NCBI GenBank assembly: GCA_025558095.1
Contig: JAIVFI010000001.1
Location: forward strand, 1,178,001 to 1,242,000
Length of the DNA: 64,000 nucleotides
Direction of reading: 5' to 3'
DNA from: Hyaloraphidium curvatum SAG 235-1
Lineage: Eukaryota > Fungi > Monoblepharomycota
Within the stretch, counting starts at the first letter, position 1. Every line of letters begins with the position of its first letter. Position numbers and translations under genes: made by a program. This document shows, one piece after another, positions 10,602 through 22,262 of this stretch. The notes under the pieces were generated by a model. It was not told the DNA's origin, did not search any database, and saw nothing but the letters and a program-made list of their open reading frames with translations.

Positions 10602-13600
10602 ATGGAGAGCGTTCTGCTGTCGCCGGCGGCGTACGCGCTGCTCGGCCTCGTCTTTGCGCTCTTCGCGCTCGCGTCGTCGCTGCGCTCGGGAAACGGCCGC
10701 CGCCGCATTGCGGACGCGATGTACGTCGATCCGCCGCCATTCTGCTGTCACGCTGACCGCGTTCCCGCCCTCCCAACCCCGAATACCGTTTTCTGGACCT
10801 CATTTGCCATTTTATTGGAACGCGAAACGCGTCCCTCAACGCACCCCTCCGTCTCCAATTATGGGGTTTCAGACCCCGCAAGCGCATCCTCGTCGGCCCG
10901 TCGGTGCTGCCGCCGTCGTCGGCGCCGCGCCCGCCGCAGCCCGCGGCGCGCCCGCGCCCGCCCGAGTCGCCGTACACGCGCGTGCCCGACCGCGCCCCGA
11001 CCTCGTTCGAGATCCCCGGCCCCGCAAAGCCCGTCAACAGGCAGCTGACGTACGACAGTCCCGTGCCCAAGGTGCACTCGGGCCTGGCGCGGCAGAGCCC
11101 GTGGACGCCAGACAACAGGCGGTCGGGCCCAGAGACGCCGCTCTCGTGGCGCGCGGCGGGGGCCCGCGGGACCGCGGACCAGTGGACCCCGGAGCCGAGG
11201 GCAGGCGGGTCGTGGGACGCGTGGGCTTCGTCGATCAAGCCAAAGTTTGACTCGAGGCTCGCCGAGGTGCGCCGACACGCATCGGTTACGCTTCCCTCAC
11301 TGACCATTCCGCGCTCCTGCGCTCAGGATCTGTACGGCCAGACGCCCGAGCGCCCCGCTCCCGCGCCCGCGCCCACCTACACCCCCGCCCTCCCCGACCC
11401 TGCCCCCCCGCCGGCGCCCGCCGCCCCCTCCCCCTCGCTCGCCGCCGTCCCCGCCCCCCTCGGCCCGGCCCCCGACGCCCCCACCCCCGCGCCCGCCCCG
11501 CTCCCCCCTCCCCCCTCCCAATTCAAGCGCACCCGCATGGACGAGCTCAAGGCCGACGGCATCCTACGCCGGCAGTCGGTCGCCGACACCGTGCAGCCCG
11601 AGCGCGGCTCGCTCTCCCGCCCTCAGACCCCGACCGCCGCCCCGGCCTCCCCCTCGGAAGACCGCAAGCGCAAGCGCCCGTCCAACGCGTACGGGCTCGA
11701 CGACGAGGAGGACCGCCCCGTCCGCGTGCCGAGGCCGCGGGGGACGTACTCCCGCTCCCCCGGGCGGCGGGGACCCAAAGTCACCTACATGCTGTCGAGG
11801 CGGACGGTGACGGAGGAGGCGATCGAGGGGCGGCCGGGAAAGAAGCGGAGGACGGTGGAGGAGGTGTACGAGAGCCCCGAGGTGGTGCTGTTCGAGCTGC
11901 CGCCCGGGCTGGCGGGGATGCCGGTGCGGGACGTGGAGATGGAGGAGGATCTGGCGGTGGAGGAGGTGCGCGAGGTGGTGCCGGCCAGGGAGCCGCCGGC
12001 GGAGGATCCGATCGAGGCAAGGAGGAGGGAGATGGTGCCGGTGCCGGTGCCGCAGGACCAGCTGCTTAAGGCCCGGTCGGAGAAATTCCTCGCAATGCTT
12101 GCGGAACTCGACGACGAGCCCATGGTGCGTTCGCATGCCGCTTGGGCACGCACGTCTGACTTACTCTGTGCACGACCAGAACTCTGCCACGACCGTCACG
12201 GAAGCCGCGGGGCCCGCCCAGCCCAAGAAATCGGCGCTGCAGGAGGAGATCGAGCGCGGCACCAAGGAACTGTGGGACAAGCAAGGTCGCGCGATGGTGG
12301 ACGAGCTGCGCAGGAAGGAGGCGGCGCAGATGGAGCGCGCCGAGCTCGCGAGGCCTTCGCCTTTGCCCGCTGCCGGCGCGAGCGGGATCGCGGTGCCTGC
12401 GCCGGTGCTCACAACGGCGCCGCTGAGCCCCAAGGAGCAGGAGCCCAAGGGGCCGCTGTTCTCGACGCCCGCCAAGCCCGCCGCGCCTGCGTTTTCGTTC
12501 GGCACGCCCGGATCGGAGGCGCCTGCTCCGGCGGACAAGCCTGCGGTGCCACCGCTGTTCAGCTTCGGCAAGCCAGCGGAGCCCGCCAAGCCCGCCGACG
12601 CGGCCGAGCAGCCCAAGCCCGCCGCGCCGGCTGTGCTGTTCGGCAACCCGCCGGCGCCTGCGATCACCACCCCGGCATCGGAGCCGCCCAAGCTTTCGTT
12701 CGGCGCGCCGACGGCCGAGGCGCCCAAGGCCGCCGACAAGCCCACTTTTTCGTTCAACGCTCCCGCGGCTTCTGGTGACAAGCCTTCGTTCTCGTTCGGG
12801 GCCAAGCCCGACGGCGGTGCAGCGCCTGCGTTCTCGTTCGGCGCCCCCAAGCCCGCCGAGGCGCCCGCAGCAGCTCCCGCCTTTGCGTTCGGCGCCAAGC
12901 CAGCCGAGGCGACCGCGGCGCCCACGGCACCGACCACGACAACCGCGGCTCCTGCGGGTCCTACGTTCCAGTTCAATGCTCCTGCAAAGGCGGACGCGGC
13001 GCCCGCAATCTCGACCGCCCCGGTGTTCAGCTTTGCAGCTCCGAAGACGGACTTGGCCGCTTCGACGGCCGCGCCGGCAACGTCGACTGCCGCGCCCAGC
13101 GTGCCCCAGTTCACTTTCGGCGGCAGCACACCGGCGGCGGACAAGCCCGCGCTCCCCGCCTTCGGCGCTTCCACCGGCTCGGCGACGGGATCGGCCCCCG
13201 CATTCACGTTTGGCGGCAGCGCTTCGGGATCCGCTGCCCCCTCGGCACCTCCCTCCGCCCCCGCCACTCCCCCGCTTTTCGGTCAGCCGGTGACCACGTC
13301 GGCTCCAGCGACGACGGCCTCCGCTCCCTCGGTCCCCGCGTTCACTTTCGGTGCAGGATCGGGCGCGCCCGCGGCGACCGCAGCCCCTGCAGCCCCCTCC
13401 TTCGTGTTCAGCCCCGCGAGCAGCGTCGGCAGCCAGGCACCTGGGTTCGGACAGAAGACGGAGGCCCCGGCTGCTACCTCGGCGCCGGCATTTTCGTTTG
13501 GCGGAGCGCCGTCGGGCGGGTTCGGGCAGCCAGCTACGACGGCGGCGCCGTCGGCGCCCGCCTTCACTTTTGGTGCTCCGGCCACGACGCAGCCAGCGTC

Positions 13601-14225
13601 GGGCTTCGGGTCGCAGCCAGCTGCAGCCCCTGCGACGGGCTTCGGGGCTTCAACGGGCGGGTTTGGCAGTGCGGCACCCGCAGGTGGTACTGGCTTCGGC
13701 TTCGGTGCGCAGCCCGCTGCTACGCAGGCACCCGGTTTCGGATTCGGACAGACCGCGGCCCCGACGCAGCCCGCAACCGCGTTTGGGCAGCCCGCCGCGG
13801 CCGCTCCCGCGTTCGGTGGCGGCGGCGGTTTCGGATCCGCAAACGCGGGCACCGGCTTCGGCTTTGGCGGGCAGCCCAACCCCGCGCAGCCGGGCTTCGG
13901 CTTCGGATCCTCTACCGCGGCACCCGCACCCGCGGCGCAACCGCCCTCGCAGCCCTCGTTCACCTTTGGCGGGCCGGCGACCTTTGGTGGCGCCCCCGTG
14001 CAGAACGGCTTCGGGAGCAGCACCAACACCGCCACGGCGCCCGGGTCCCCCGCCCCCGGCGGATTCGGATTCAACGGCCCCGCAGCGCCTGGCGGCATGT
14101 TCCAGTTCGGCGGGGGGGCGCCGCCGGCGAACGCGGCGATGCCCGTGTTCAACATCGGCGCGGGGGCGCCGGACGGGAGAAAGATCGCGGCGCCCAAGAA
14201 GAGGCTTGGGAACAGGCCCAAGTGA
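10602..14225 (+). CDS. FG-repeat nucleoporin with N-terminal transmembrane helix (POM121-like architecture; Nup1/Nup153-like C-terminus)
   Basis: Exon 1 encodes a hydrophobic helix (AYALLGLVFALFALASSL). Introns 10721-10872, ~11266-11327 and ~12125-12179 join the frames. Basic NLS-like clusters RKRKRP and GKKRR; dozens of FSFG/FTFG/GFGFG repeats; C-terminal GRKIAAPKKR. Confidence 0.8.
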
Positions 14226-14584
14226 GGCAAATGGGCGGTGGATGGGCCACCAGGGGACATGAATGCTAGGCTATACCCACTAATCGTGACCTGAGGTGTG
14301 CGCGTAGGGGAGAGATGAAAAAGTAGATCTGAATGCATCTCGCGGAGTTCGCGGCCGGCAGGCGATCCATCCCGCGCCAGACAACGGCCCTCACTATGCA
14401 CCAGGGACCGAAGGGACACTGGGTGCTGTCCTATAGGGGGTTCTTTTTGGAGAGGCGGAAACCACCGAGGTGGTTCGTGGCCGAACAGTCCAGACTCGGA
14501 TGATTCAAGACCCGCGGCCCAGCCCCGGCCGGCTCTCCTCCAGAGAGCGTCCCAAACGCCACAGCAAACCGCCCAGAGGCCCCG

Positions 14585-16798
14585 ATGACGGGCCGCGATG
14601 CCGCGTCGGCGCCTCCGCCCGACATCCCCGCTGCCGAGCGGGCGCACCTCGTCCGCGCCGCCCTGCTGGCTTTGCCGCCGGGCACCGTCGCCACCGATCC
14701 CATCGCGCTCGGTTCCGTCGTCGGCGGAGACCCGCGATCGGCCGGCGCCGACCCGCGGATCGTGGAGTGGATGACGTCGCCGCTCGTCGCCGCGCTGCTG
14801 GACTGGCTGGGGCTGCACGCGGAGCTGGCGCGCTCGGGGGACGAAGGCGACGCAAGGTTCAGCGCGGCGGGGATCCCGCTGGGCCAGCTCGTATCCATTG
14901 CCCGGAAACACTTCGATGCGATGCTGCGCGAGGAGATGGCGTGGATATTGGAGCAGGGGCCGCCGGCAGCTGGCAGGGCCGCGTCTCCGGCCGTCGACCC
15001 GCGGGCGATGGCTCTTGCCTACTCGCTCTTCACCGCCGGGGCGCACTCCGACCTCGGGATGAGCGATTTCGAAGGTGCGCACCTGTACTTTGACCTCCTG
15101 ACCTCGGTGTGGCGCCGCGTGGACGTCGGGCGGTACAGACTCTTGGACGCCAAGGATTTGGACGAGTACCAGCTGATCAACGAGTTCGTCGGCCTCTTTT
15201 GGATCTCGACGGTGTTCACCAGCTGGCAGGCCATGGCTTCCGGTCTGCCGCCGCCCTTTGATCCGGCGCGGGACTTCCCGGACGTGGCGTTCACGGCCCC
15301 GCCGCAGCTCACCATGGCCTTCCTGCCGCCGCTCCTGGAACGAAAGCGCAAGCTGCCCGTTCCCGACATCCTCCGCACCGTGCCGCACATCACCACGCGG
15401 ATGTACTACTCCTGGCTGGACCCGCTCGCGGACCCGCTGCCCGAGGCCGAGCGCGCCGCCGTGCTCAAGCAATGCGTCGCGGGGATCAAGGACTTTGGGC
15501 TCGTGCACTTCGGCAGCCTCCTTCCCTACTTTGGCCTCAAGGTCGGGCAGTTCCACCGCTGGCTGCGCGACGAGGCGGGCATGTCCATGCTGGACCTCGT
15601 GCTGGTGGCTTCCCGCCAGGACCCCGCCGATGAGACGGGAATCTTTGCCCCCGGCTCCCCCTTTTCCTCGCGCGTCCTCTCCAACCCGCACCTCCCCGAA
15701 GCCCTCCGACGGCACTCCTTCTTCCGTGACGTGATGCACCGCATCTTTGCCGCCCTCCCGCCCGACGCGCTCGCGGACTCGGCGTCCGGCAACGTCGCTG
15801 CCCTGCAGGCTTCCTTCCGCCTCCCGCCGCTGCTGGTCCAGCTTCTCCTCTCCTACCTGACCCAGCTGCGGCTCATGAGCGCGTCCTTGTGCGCCCCGGA
15901 GCCCTTTGCGGACCACGACCTGCTCAGCGACGACGAGTCCTCGCCCTCGGCCGAGCTTCTCACGGCCTGGTTCGCCACCCCGGCCTTCATCACGGCCTTT
16001 GCCGACGCGTCGGCCATCTCCTCGGCGGTGCGCGGGTACCTCGCCGCCTTCACCCCCGAGGAGATCCGCGGCAACCTGTTCAACGCCATCATCTGCCACT
16101 CGGCCGTGCAGGCCGCCTGGATCCAGGTCCTCGTGCTCCGGAGGTTCGCGATGCTCATGGGGGGCTCCCCCGAGCGGGAGCTCACCGACGCCGCGGCGCT
16201 GCACGGGGCCATCACGCGGGACGCCCAGACGTGCCTCGATCTCCTCGGGGTGATGGGCAAGGACCCGTTCGCGGAGGCGAGGATGCTGCTGGAAGATTTG
16301 CTCGGGGGGAGGGAGACGGGGCTGAGCCCGGGGGAGCGGGCGGTGCTCCGCGCCGCGCGGCAGACGTTTTCGACGTGCGCGCACGGCGCGGGGATGCCGG
16401 GACGGTGCTGGCTGTGCGCCGCGTGGAGGGCGGATCGGGACAACGACGGTAGGGACGCCCAGGGGTCGGAGAGCAGCCTGGAGCCGGGGGAGCTGCGGAC
16501 CGAGCTCGCGTGGCTGTCGCTGTCGGACGCCACGGCCGTCAGCAGCGCGGAGGACGTCGGCAAGACCGCTTCGCCGGCGCCTGCCGGAAGGAATAAGCGC
16601 GTGCGGTTCAGCAAGGACGTCGCGGTGCACGAGACCTACTCGGCAGACGAGTACCGCCGAGGGAGGCTCGCGCTGGATGACGTCGAGGACGCGGGCGGGG
16701 TGGGCGCGCCGATCGGGGCCGCGGGGCACGTCAGCCTCGGCATGCTCAACGCGATACGGGATCCGTCGCAGTATCCGGACCTGAGGCGGTTCTGGTAG
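14585..16798 (+). CDS. Hypothetical helical protein, 737 aa, with C-terminal PP1-docking RVxF motif
   Basis: Intronless ORF with coding-like codon use. KRVRFSKDVAVHETYSADEYRR near the C-terminus. Confidence 0.75.
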   Translation: MTGRDAASAPPPDIPAAERAHLVRAALLALPPGTVATDPIALGSVVGGDPRSAGADPRIVEWMTSPLVAALLDWLGLHAELARSGDEGDARFSAAGIPLGQLVSIARKHFDAMLREEMAWILEQGPPAAGRAASPAVDPRAMALAYSLFTAGAHSDLGMSDFEGAHLYFDLLTSVWRRVDVGRYRLLDAKDLDEYQLINEFVGLFWISTVFTSWQAMASGLPPPFDPARDFPDVAFTAPPQLTMAFLPPLLERKRKLPVPDILRTVPHITTRMYYSWLDPLADPLPEAERAAVLKQCVAGIKDFGLVHFGSLLPYFGLKVGQFHRWLRDEAGMSMLDLVLVASRQDPADETGIFAPGSPFSSRVLSNPHLPEALRRHSFFRDVMHRIFAALPPDALADSASGNVAALQASFRLPPLLVQLLLSYLTQLRLMSASLCAPEPFADHDLLSDDESSPSAELLTAWFATPAFITAFADASAISSAVRGYLAAFTPEEIRGNLFNAIICHSAVQAAWIQVLVLRRFAMLMGGSPERELTDAAALHGAITRDAQTCLDLLGVMGKDPFAEARMLLEDLLGGRETGLSPGERAVLRAARQTFSTCAHGAGMPGRCWLCAAWRADRDNDGRDAQGSESSLEPGELRTELAWLSLSDATAVSSAEDVGKTASPAPAGRNKRVRFSKDVAVHETYSADEYRRGRLALDDVEDAGGVGAPIGAAGHVSLGMLNAIRDPSQYPDLRRFW

Positions 16799-16941
16799 TG
16801 GAGTGCATCCGTGGAGAGTAACGGTGGTCGCGTCGGATTGTGGCCCCTGATCGTCCGGAGATTCGGAACCTAAGGCGGTCCGTTTGTTGATGGATGTTGG
16901 CCGGTGAGTGTCAACGACAGCTCCACCCCACCTCCACCGCG

Positions 16942-19900
16942 ATGTCGGGCCGCCCGGCCGCGTCGCCCGCCAGCACGCCGCAGAGCGGGTCGCCGGCGGG
17001 CGCCGAGGCCGACGCGCCGGTGCCGAGTGCCGACTTTGTGGTGCGGCTGCTCTCCGCGGCGGCCGACGCGCCGATCGCCGACGCGGACGCCGACGCGCTC
17101 GATCGCTTCGCGGTCGCGTTCGCGTTCGCGTTTGAGCCGCGGCCGCCGGCGGGGAAGCGGCGCGGCTCGGCGTCGCCCGGGCGGGCGCCCCCCGCGGGCA
17201 CCGCGTCGTCGCGCGCGCCGCCGCCGCCCCCCGCCGCGTACGCGCTGCCCGCCGACGCCGCGCGCGCGATCGCCGAGCTGCGGCGGGCTTACGTGGGGAC
17301 GGTGGTCGGCGACCCGCACGCCGCGGCACAGCTGCCCGAGCCGCCCGCGGTGGCGACGGCGCCGGCCGGCCTGCAGAGGACACCCGCGCCGTCGGGCGCC
17401 CCGGCGGCACAGCTGTTTGTCACGCGGGCGCAGCTGCCCGCGCTCTTTGTGGCGCCGTTTGCCGCGCCCGGCGCCCTGCCGCGCTTCCTCGCGCTGCTGC
17501 GCCATCTGCGGCCCGTGTACCCGCCCGAGCTGTTCTCCGCCGACTGGTGGGAGCCGCTGCTGCTGCCCGTGCTGCTCGGCTCGCGCTGGCGCCCCGCCTC
17601 CGACGCCGCCTCGGCCCTGGTCGGGGACATGCTCGCCGCTGAGCCCGGCGACCCGGACCTGGTGCGCGCCGCCGTCGCCGCCTACGTCGACGAGGCCGGC
17701 CGCGCCGAGGACCTCTTTTCGCGCGGCGAGGCCGGCGCCCGCCCGCCCGGCGAGGCCAACATCGAGGCCGCCGCCCGCGAGGCCTCGCTCGCCCGCCCGC
17801 GCGACTTTTTCGCCGCCCTCGCGCCCTTCTTCTCCGACCCCTCCACCCGCATCCGCGCAGCAGGCCTGCTCGCCCGCGCCCTGCGCCGGGAAAACGTCTC
17901 GGCGCACCTGCTCGCCGGCACCCCGCTCCTCGACCTGGTCCTCGCCTCCCTCCAGACCGACGTCCACCCGGCCCTCGTAGCCTCCCTCCTCTCCACCCTC
18001 GTCTTCCTCCTCCCGCGCATCCCGACCTCCCTGCCCCCGCTGCTCCCGCGGCTGTTCCGGATCATGGCCCGCGCGGCGCTGTGGGAGGACGCGCTGGCCC
18101 GCGGGCTGGCCCGCGCGGGCGGGCAGGGCGCCGGGGCCGAGGTGCGCGCGGGGGCAGAGTACGCGCGCAGGTCCGCGCGGCGGTGCGCGGGGATGCTGTT
18201 CACCCACCTGTACGGCATGTGGCCGTGCGGGCTGGCGGAGTTTTGCCGGGAGATGCTGGCGGGCGGCGGGGAGCCCAGGGAGGGGGGTGGGGGAGGGCTG
18301 GCGGGGCTGCTGGGGTTCGGAAAGGGGGAGCAGGCGCCGGTGCTGGAGAGGGTGCAGGGGATGGAGGAGCTGGTGGGGGATTTCGAGGGGGCAGAGTGGG
18401 CGGAGCGGAGGGCCGTGCTGGAGCGCGTGTTCGGGGTGGGTTCCGAGTCGGGACAGGCGGGAATTCGAACGCCTCTGACAGTTGTCGACGTGGAATCCCA
18501 CAGGAATACTTCAGGCAGCACACGGTGCACCCGTCGCTCTTCTCGACCACCGCCGCCGCCGAGCTCGCGGCCAACGCCGAGCGCTTCGCCAAGATGGACC
18601 CCGACGAGATCGCCGCCGAGTGCCTCGGCCGGCGCAACCGCACCGCCGGCTTCCTGGACGACGACGGCGCCGGCGCCGCGGAACCCGAAGCCGGCTCCCC
18701 CGCCGAGATCGCCGGCGTCTCGGAACCCGGCGACCCCCCCGCCGTGCCCGCCCCCCCAGCCGCCGACGCCCGCGCGGCCGTGAGCCTCGGCGACGTGCTC
18801 GCGCAGTACGAGCACCTCCGCGGCCTCACGGACCACCGCCGCGACCCCCTGTCCTCCGCCGCGGAGGACGCCGACGCGGCGCCGCGCAACGCCGTGCTCC
18901 CGCTGCTGCTCCTCCTCAACGAGCTCAACCTCGAGCTGTACCTCCGGCAGGTGCACCTCGCGTGGATCCGCCGCCTGCGGCGCGGGGCGAGGGACGGGGA
19001 GGCCGTCGCGGCCGAGGTGGAGGGGATGCGGGGCAAGCTGCGCGCGGCCGAGGCGGCGGTCCGCGCCGCCGAGGTGCTGCTCGGTGCAGAGAGGGCGGCC
19101 CGCGAGGCGGAGAGGGAGCGGGCGGCGGGGATGGTGGCCGAGGCGAGGGCAGAGGCGGCGCGGGCGCGGGGCGAGGCGGCCGAGGGTGGGAGGAGGGAGC
19201 AGGCGCTGCGCGAGGCCGCAGCGGCCGCAGCGGCCGACACCGACGCGGTGCGCGCGCGGCTGGAGGAGGCTAACGGGCGGATATTCGAGCTCGAGACGCG
19301 CATCTCGGTGCTGGAGCCGCGGGCGGCCAAGGCAGGGGAGAGCGAGGCGCAGGCGGCGCAGATGGTGCGGCAGCTGGCCATGTGGGAGCTGGACACCAAG
19401 GCGGGGAGGGCGGCGGCGCAGAGGGCCAGGGAGCTGGAGGGGGAGAAGGCCAACGCGGAGCTGGCGGCGCTCGACCAGGGGAAGGAGGTTGTGGAGCGGG
19501 AGAGGGCGCTGGCGTGGGTGGATCCGCCACGGCGCGAATCTGGTTGCCCTTGCTTACTACCTGCACAGCGAGAGCAGGACTTTTGCGGCGGCGCTGGCGA
19601 GCAAGCTCGAGAGCGCAGAGAAGCGGCTGGAGAAGGTGGACCTCGCCATGAAGGAACAGGTAAGGCAATTCGCGTTCGCACCTCTGTTTGCCAAGCGTGA
19701 CGCGTTTGCAACAGAACACGGCGCTTTCGAGGCTACGGTTGGGCGAAAGCGAGAAGCTCAAGGTGCTGGAGGAAAAGTACCAGACCGTCCGTGGTATCAA
19801 TCTGCAGCTTCAGGTTGGTCGACCTCGGCTCGATGCCCGTGATTTGTTGGTCTCACCCGCCATTTGCGCAAATCGCAGAGCCGAATCGGGTCTCTCATGG

Positions 19901-20250
19901 CCGAGATGGAACAGATCAAGGCCAGCGTTGCCGCCCCGGCCCCGCCCGCGCCCTCGCCGTCACTCCCTTCCAAATCCCTCTCGGACTCTTCCCTGCTGCC
20001 CAACCCCCGCGCCCCCTCCCCTCTTTCCTCCGGCTCGACGGGCAGGCCATCCCCGCGCACGCAGTCGCCCTCGGCGCCGCCGAAATCCCCCTCGAGCGCG
20101 GCGATCCGCGCGAGCCAGGTGCTCCCCTCGCTGCCGGACGAGAAGAAGCCCAGCCGGACGCCGTCGATGGGGAGCGGGCCGCAGCAGTCGCAGCTCTCGG
20201 CCGGGCTGGCGGGGCTGACGAGGCAGGGATCGGACCGGAGCGATGCGTGA
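16942..20250 (+). CDS. TSC1: Hamartin (TSC1)
   Basis: LLSTLVFLLPRIPTSLPPLLPRLFRIMARAALW and LFTHLYGMWPCGL motifs, LLLLNELNLELYLRQVH, then a long coiled coil. Several introns (~18437-18502, ~19514-19569, ~19660-19713, ~19813-19879). Confidence 0.85.
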
Positions 20251-20273
20251 GGGTATTGTATTGCTCAACAAAA

Positions 20274-21770
20274 TCACGCCGAAGCTCCGCCATCGGTGGT
20301 CCCATCGTTGGCGCCCTGCGCCCCACCCTCCATCCTGCGCTCGAGCCGCTCCAGCCTCGCATTCATCGCCCGCGTCTCCCGCAGGAGCGCCGCGAGCATG
20401 CCCGCCACGTCATCCCCCTCCGTCTCGGCGCCTTCCTCCCCATCAGCCGATTCTTCCCCGACCTCGTCCGCGAACCGGATCGAAGACCTTCCCTTGCGCA
20501 CGGGGAGCACCGTCACCCTGTCCATCGAGTTCGGGGGGCCGGCGTGGTGGTGCCACTCGGTCGGCGACTCGGGCACGTCGATACTCGGCACCCCCCTCCT
20601 GTCGCCCGTCTCGGGGTCCACCCAGCCCTCCGTGTCCGTGGGGTTGAGGTACCACCACGCCGCCTCCTCGATCGATGCGCGCCATTGCTCGTCCGACTTG
20701 CCGAGGACCGAGAGGAGCTCGGCCAGCCAGATAGCGACGAGGAACGGGGCGCAGACGATCTTGAGGAGGCCGCGGGTGAGGGGTTCGTACGAATGGTGCG
20801 GGAGCACCAGCTTCAGGGGGAGAATCGCGAGCTCGACGAGGTTGAAGGGTGGGAGGAAGGGGTACAGAACGTCTGCGAGGGCGTGCTCGACGACGCGGAG
20901 GGCGAGGCTGAACTGGAACTCGGCCTCGGCGTTCTCGATCACTTTGGAGAAAGACTGGGCAAAGATGGAAATGAGGAGGTTCAGGAGCAGGAGATTCGTG
21001 ATGGCCAGGAACACGACAATGAGGATGGAGCCGAAGACAGGGTCGAGGGCGACAGCTGGAGGCGTTGACAGCTCAGCGATTGCGGTCGCACCTGTGCCAA
21101 AGATCACCCACCGAAGTCAAGAGCACGGAAGTAGAAGCCGATCCATACGAGAATCAGCTCGTAAAGGATCTCGAACCAGCTCGGATGCGGCGTGTCACCC
21201 GGGTCCGCGTCCGGATCGTCCGGCCTCGAGACGGCATACAGCCCTTGCGTAAAGCCCAACAAGTTCACGCCCATGAGGACGAAGAAAAGTGAGGAATCGT
21301 AGACCATCGATCGAACGATGATGATCATGGTGCCGAAGTACCGGAACCGGTCGAGCGCAGCGAAGGCGCGTGGCCACACGATGCAGTTGGCGACCGCAAG
21401 CAAGTCAAAGGCCAGCTTGCGCAGCTCCTGCGAACCCTGCGCGATCGCGACCCAGCGGACGGCAAAGAAGGCGGCGAGGAGACCGAGAGTTGCGACATCG
21501 AACCAGTTCCAGATGCTGCTCAGGTAGATGCGGAGACCCGAATCGATGGCTGCCTTTGCCTCGTCGCAGAAGTACGCCAAACTGAGCACGAGCAGGGTCC
21601 ACTCGACGACTGTGGGTTCAAGAGGGCGTGCGAAGACTTCGACGGTGAGATCAGCTGCTACAGCGGCATTTCGAGGCTCTGGCGTACTGCGGACGAGCTG
21701 AAAACAGCTTGTCTCCCATGGGGTTGCCGACGCCACAGAGGGGCAACAAAGGTTGGTGCGATCACGCAAG
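20274..21770 (-). CDS. TRP-family cation channel (YVC1/TRPY1-like) transmembrane region; 5' end unclear or truncated
   Basis: YLSSIWNWFDV, AFDLLAVANCIVWPRAF, YFGTMIIIVRSM, GFTQGLYA, FLAITNLLLLNLLISIFAQSFSKVIENAEAEFQF, FLPPFNLVE. Intron ~21056-21111 (GTGGGT...CCAG). Confidence 0.8.
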
Positions 21771-22262
21771 GCAGATGAGGGACGTCGCGGCGGAAGTCAC
21801 GCTCAACGCCACCGCTTCAACCGCTGCATCTCCATTTCATTTCAGGTCGGCCGAATGTAGGTTGGGAGTTTTGGAGAACTTCACCGAGTGCCGCACCCGG
21901 GACCCGGGGAGCGGCCCGGAAGGGTGTGTGATGCAAGCGAGTCGGGAAGCCACAACTGCGTGGCGCGCCCCACCGGGGCAGGATGGCCTCAAGTAGCTCT
22001 CTGCTGACTGTCGGACGCAAAGCCTGCACATCTGGAGCACAGGAGGGGGGTATCCACCAAAAAAGGGTCCCGGGGCCTGGTCCAGGCTATGAGCACGCCA
22101 TAAGTTTTCCCCGCGGGGATTCATCCGACAAAGCATTGTTTCCAAAGCACACCGCCGTTTCCCCGGGAATCCGCAGCAGCGCGCCGGCATTTCATCAGCG
22201 TGAGCCGATGCATCCCATCGCCGCCGCAGGCGATTGACCATTCCCGGCGCAGCGCGAGCGAC

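Noticed and set aside
12460-14170. Repetitive DNA resembling a tandem repeat or CRISPR array
   Set aside because: These are degenerate coding FG repeats of the nucleoporin. There are no identical repeats with unique spacers and no cas genes.
13283-17410. 1375-aa minus-strand ORF, the longest in the track
   Set aside because: It is antisense to three well-supported plus-strand genes and reads as low-complexity R/G/A/P. It is a shadow of high GC3 codon bias, as are most other overlapping ORFs.
21056-21111. Apparent frameshift between the two TRP ORFs
   Set aside because: Explained by a canonical GTGGGT...CCAG intron that restores frame.
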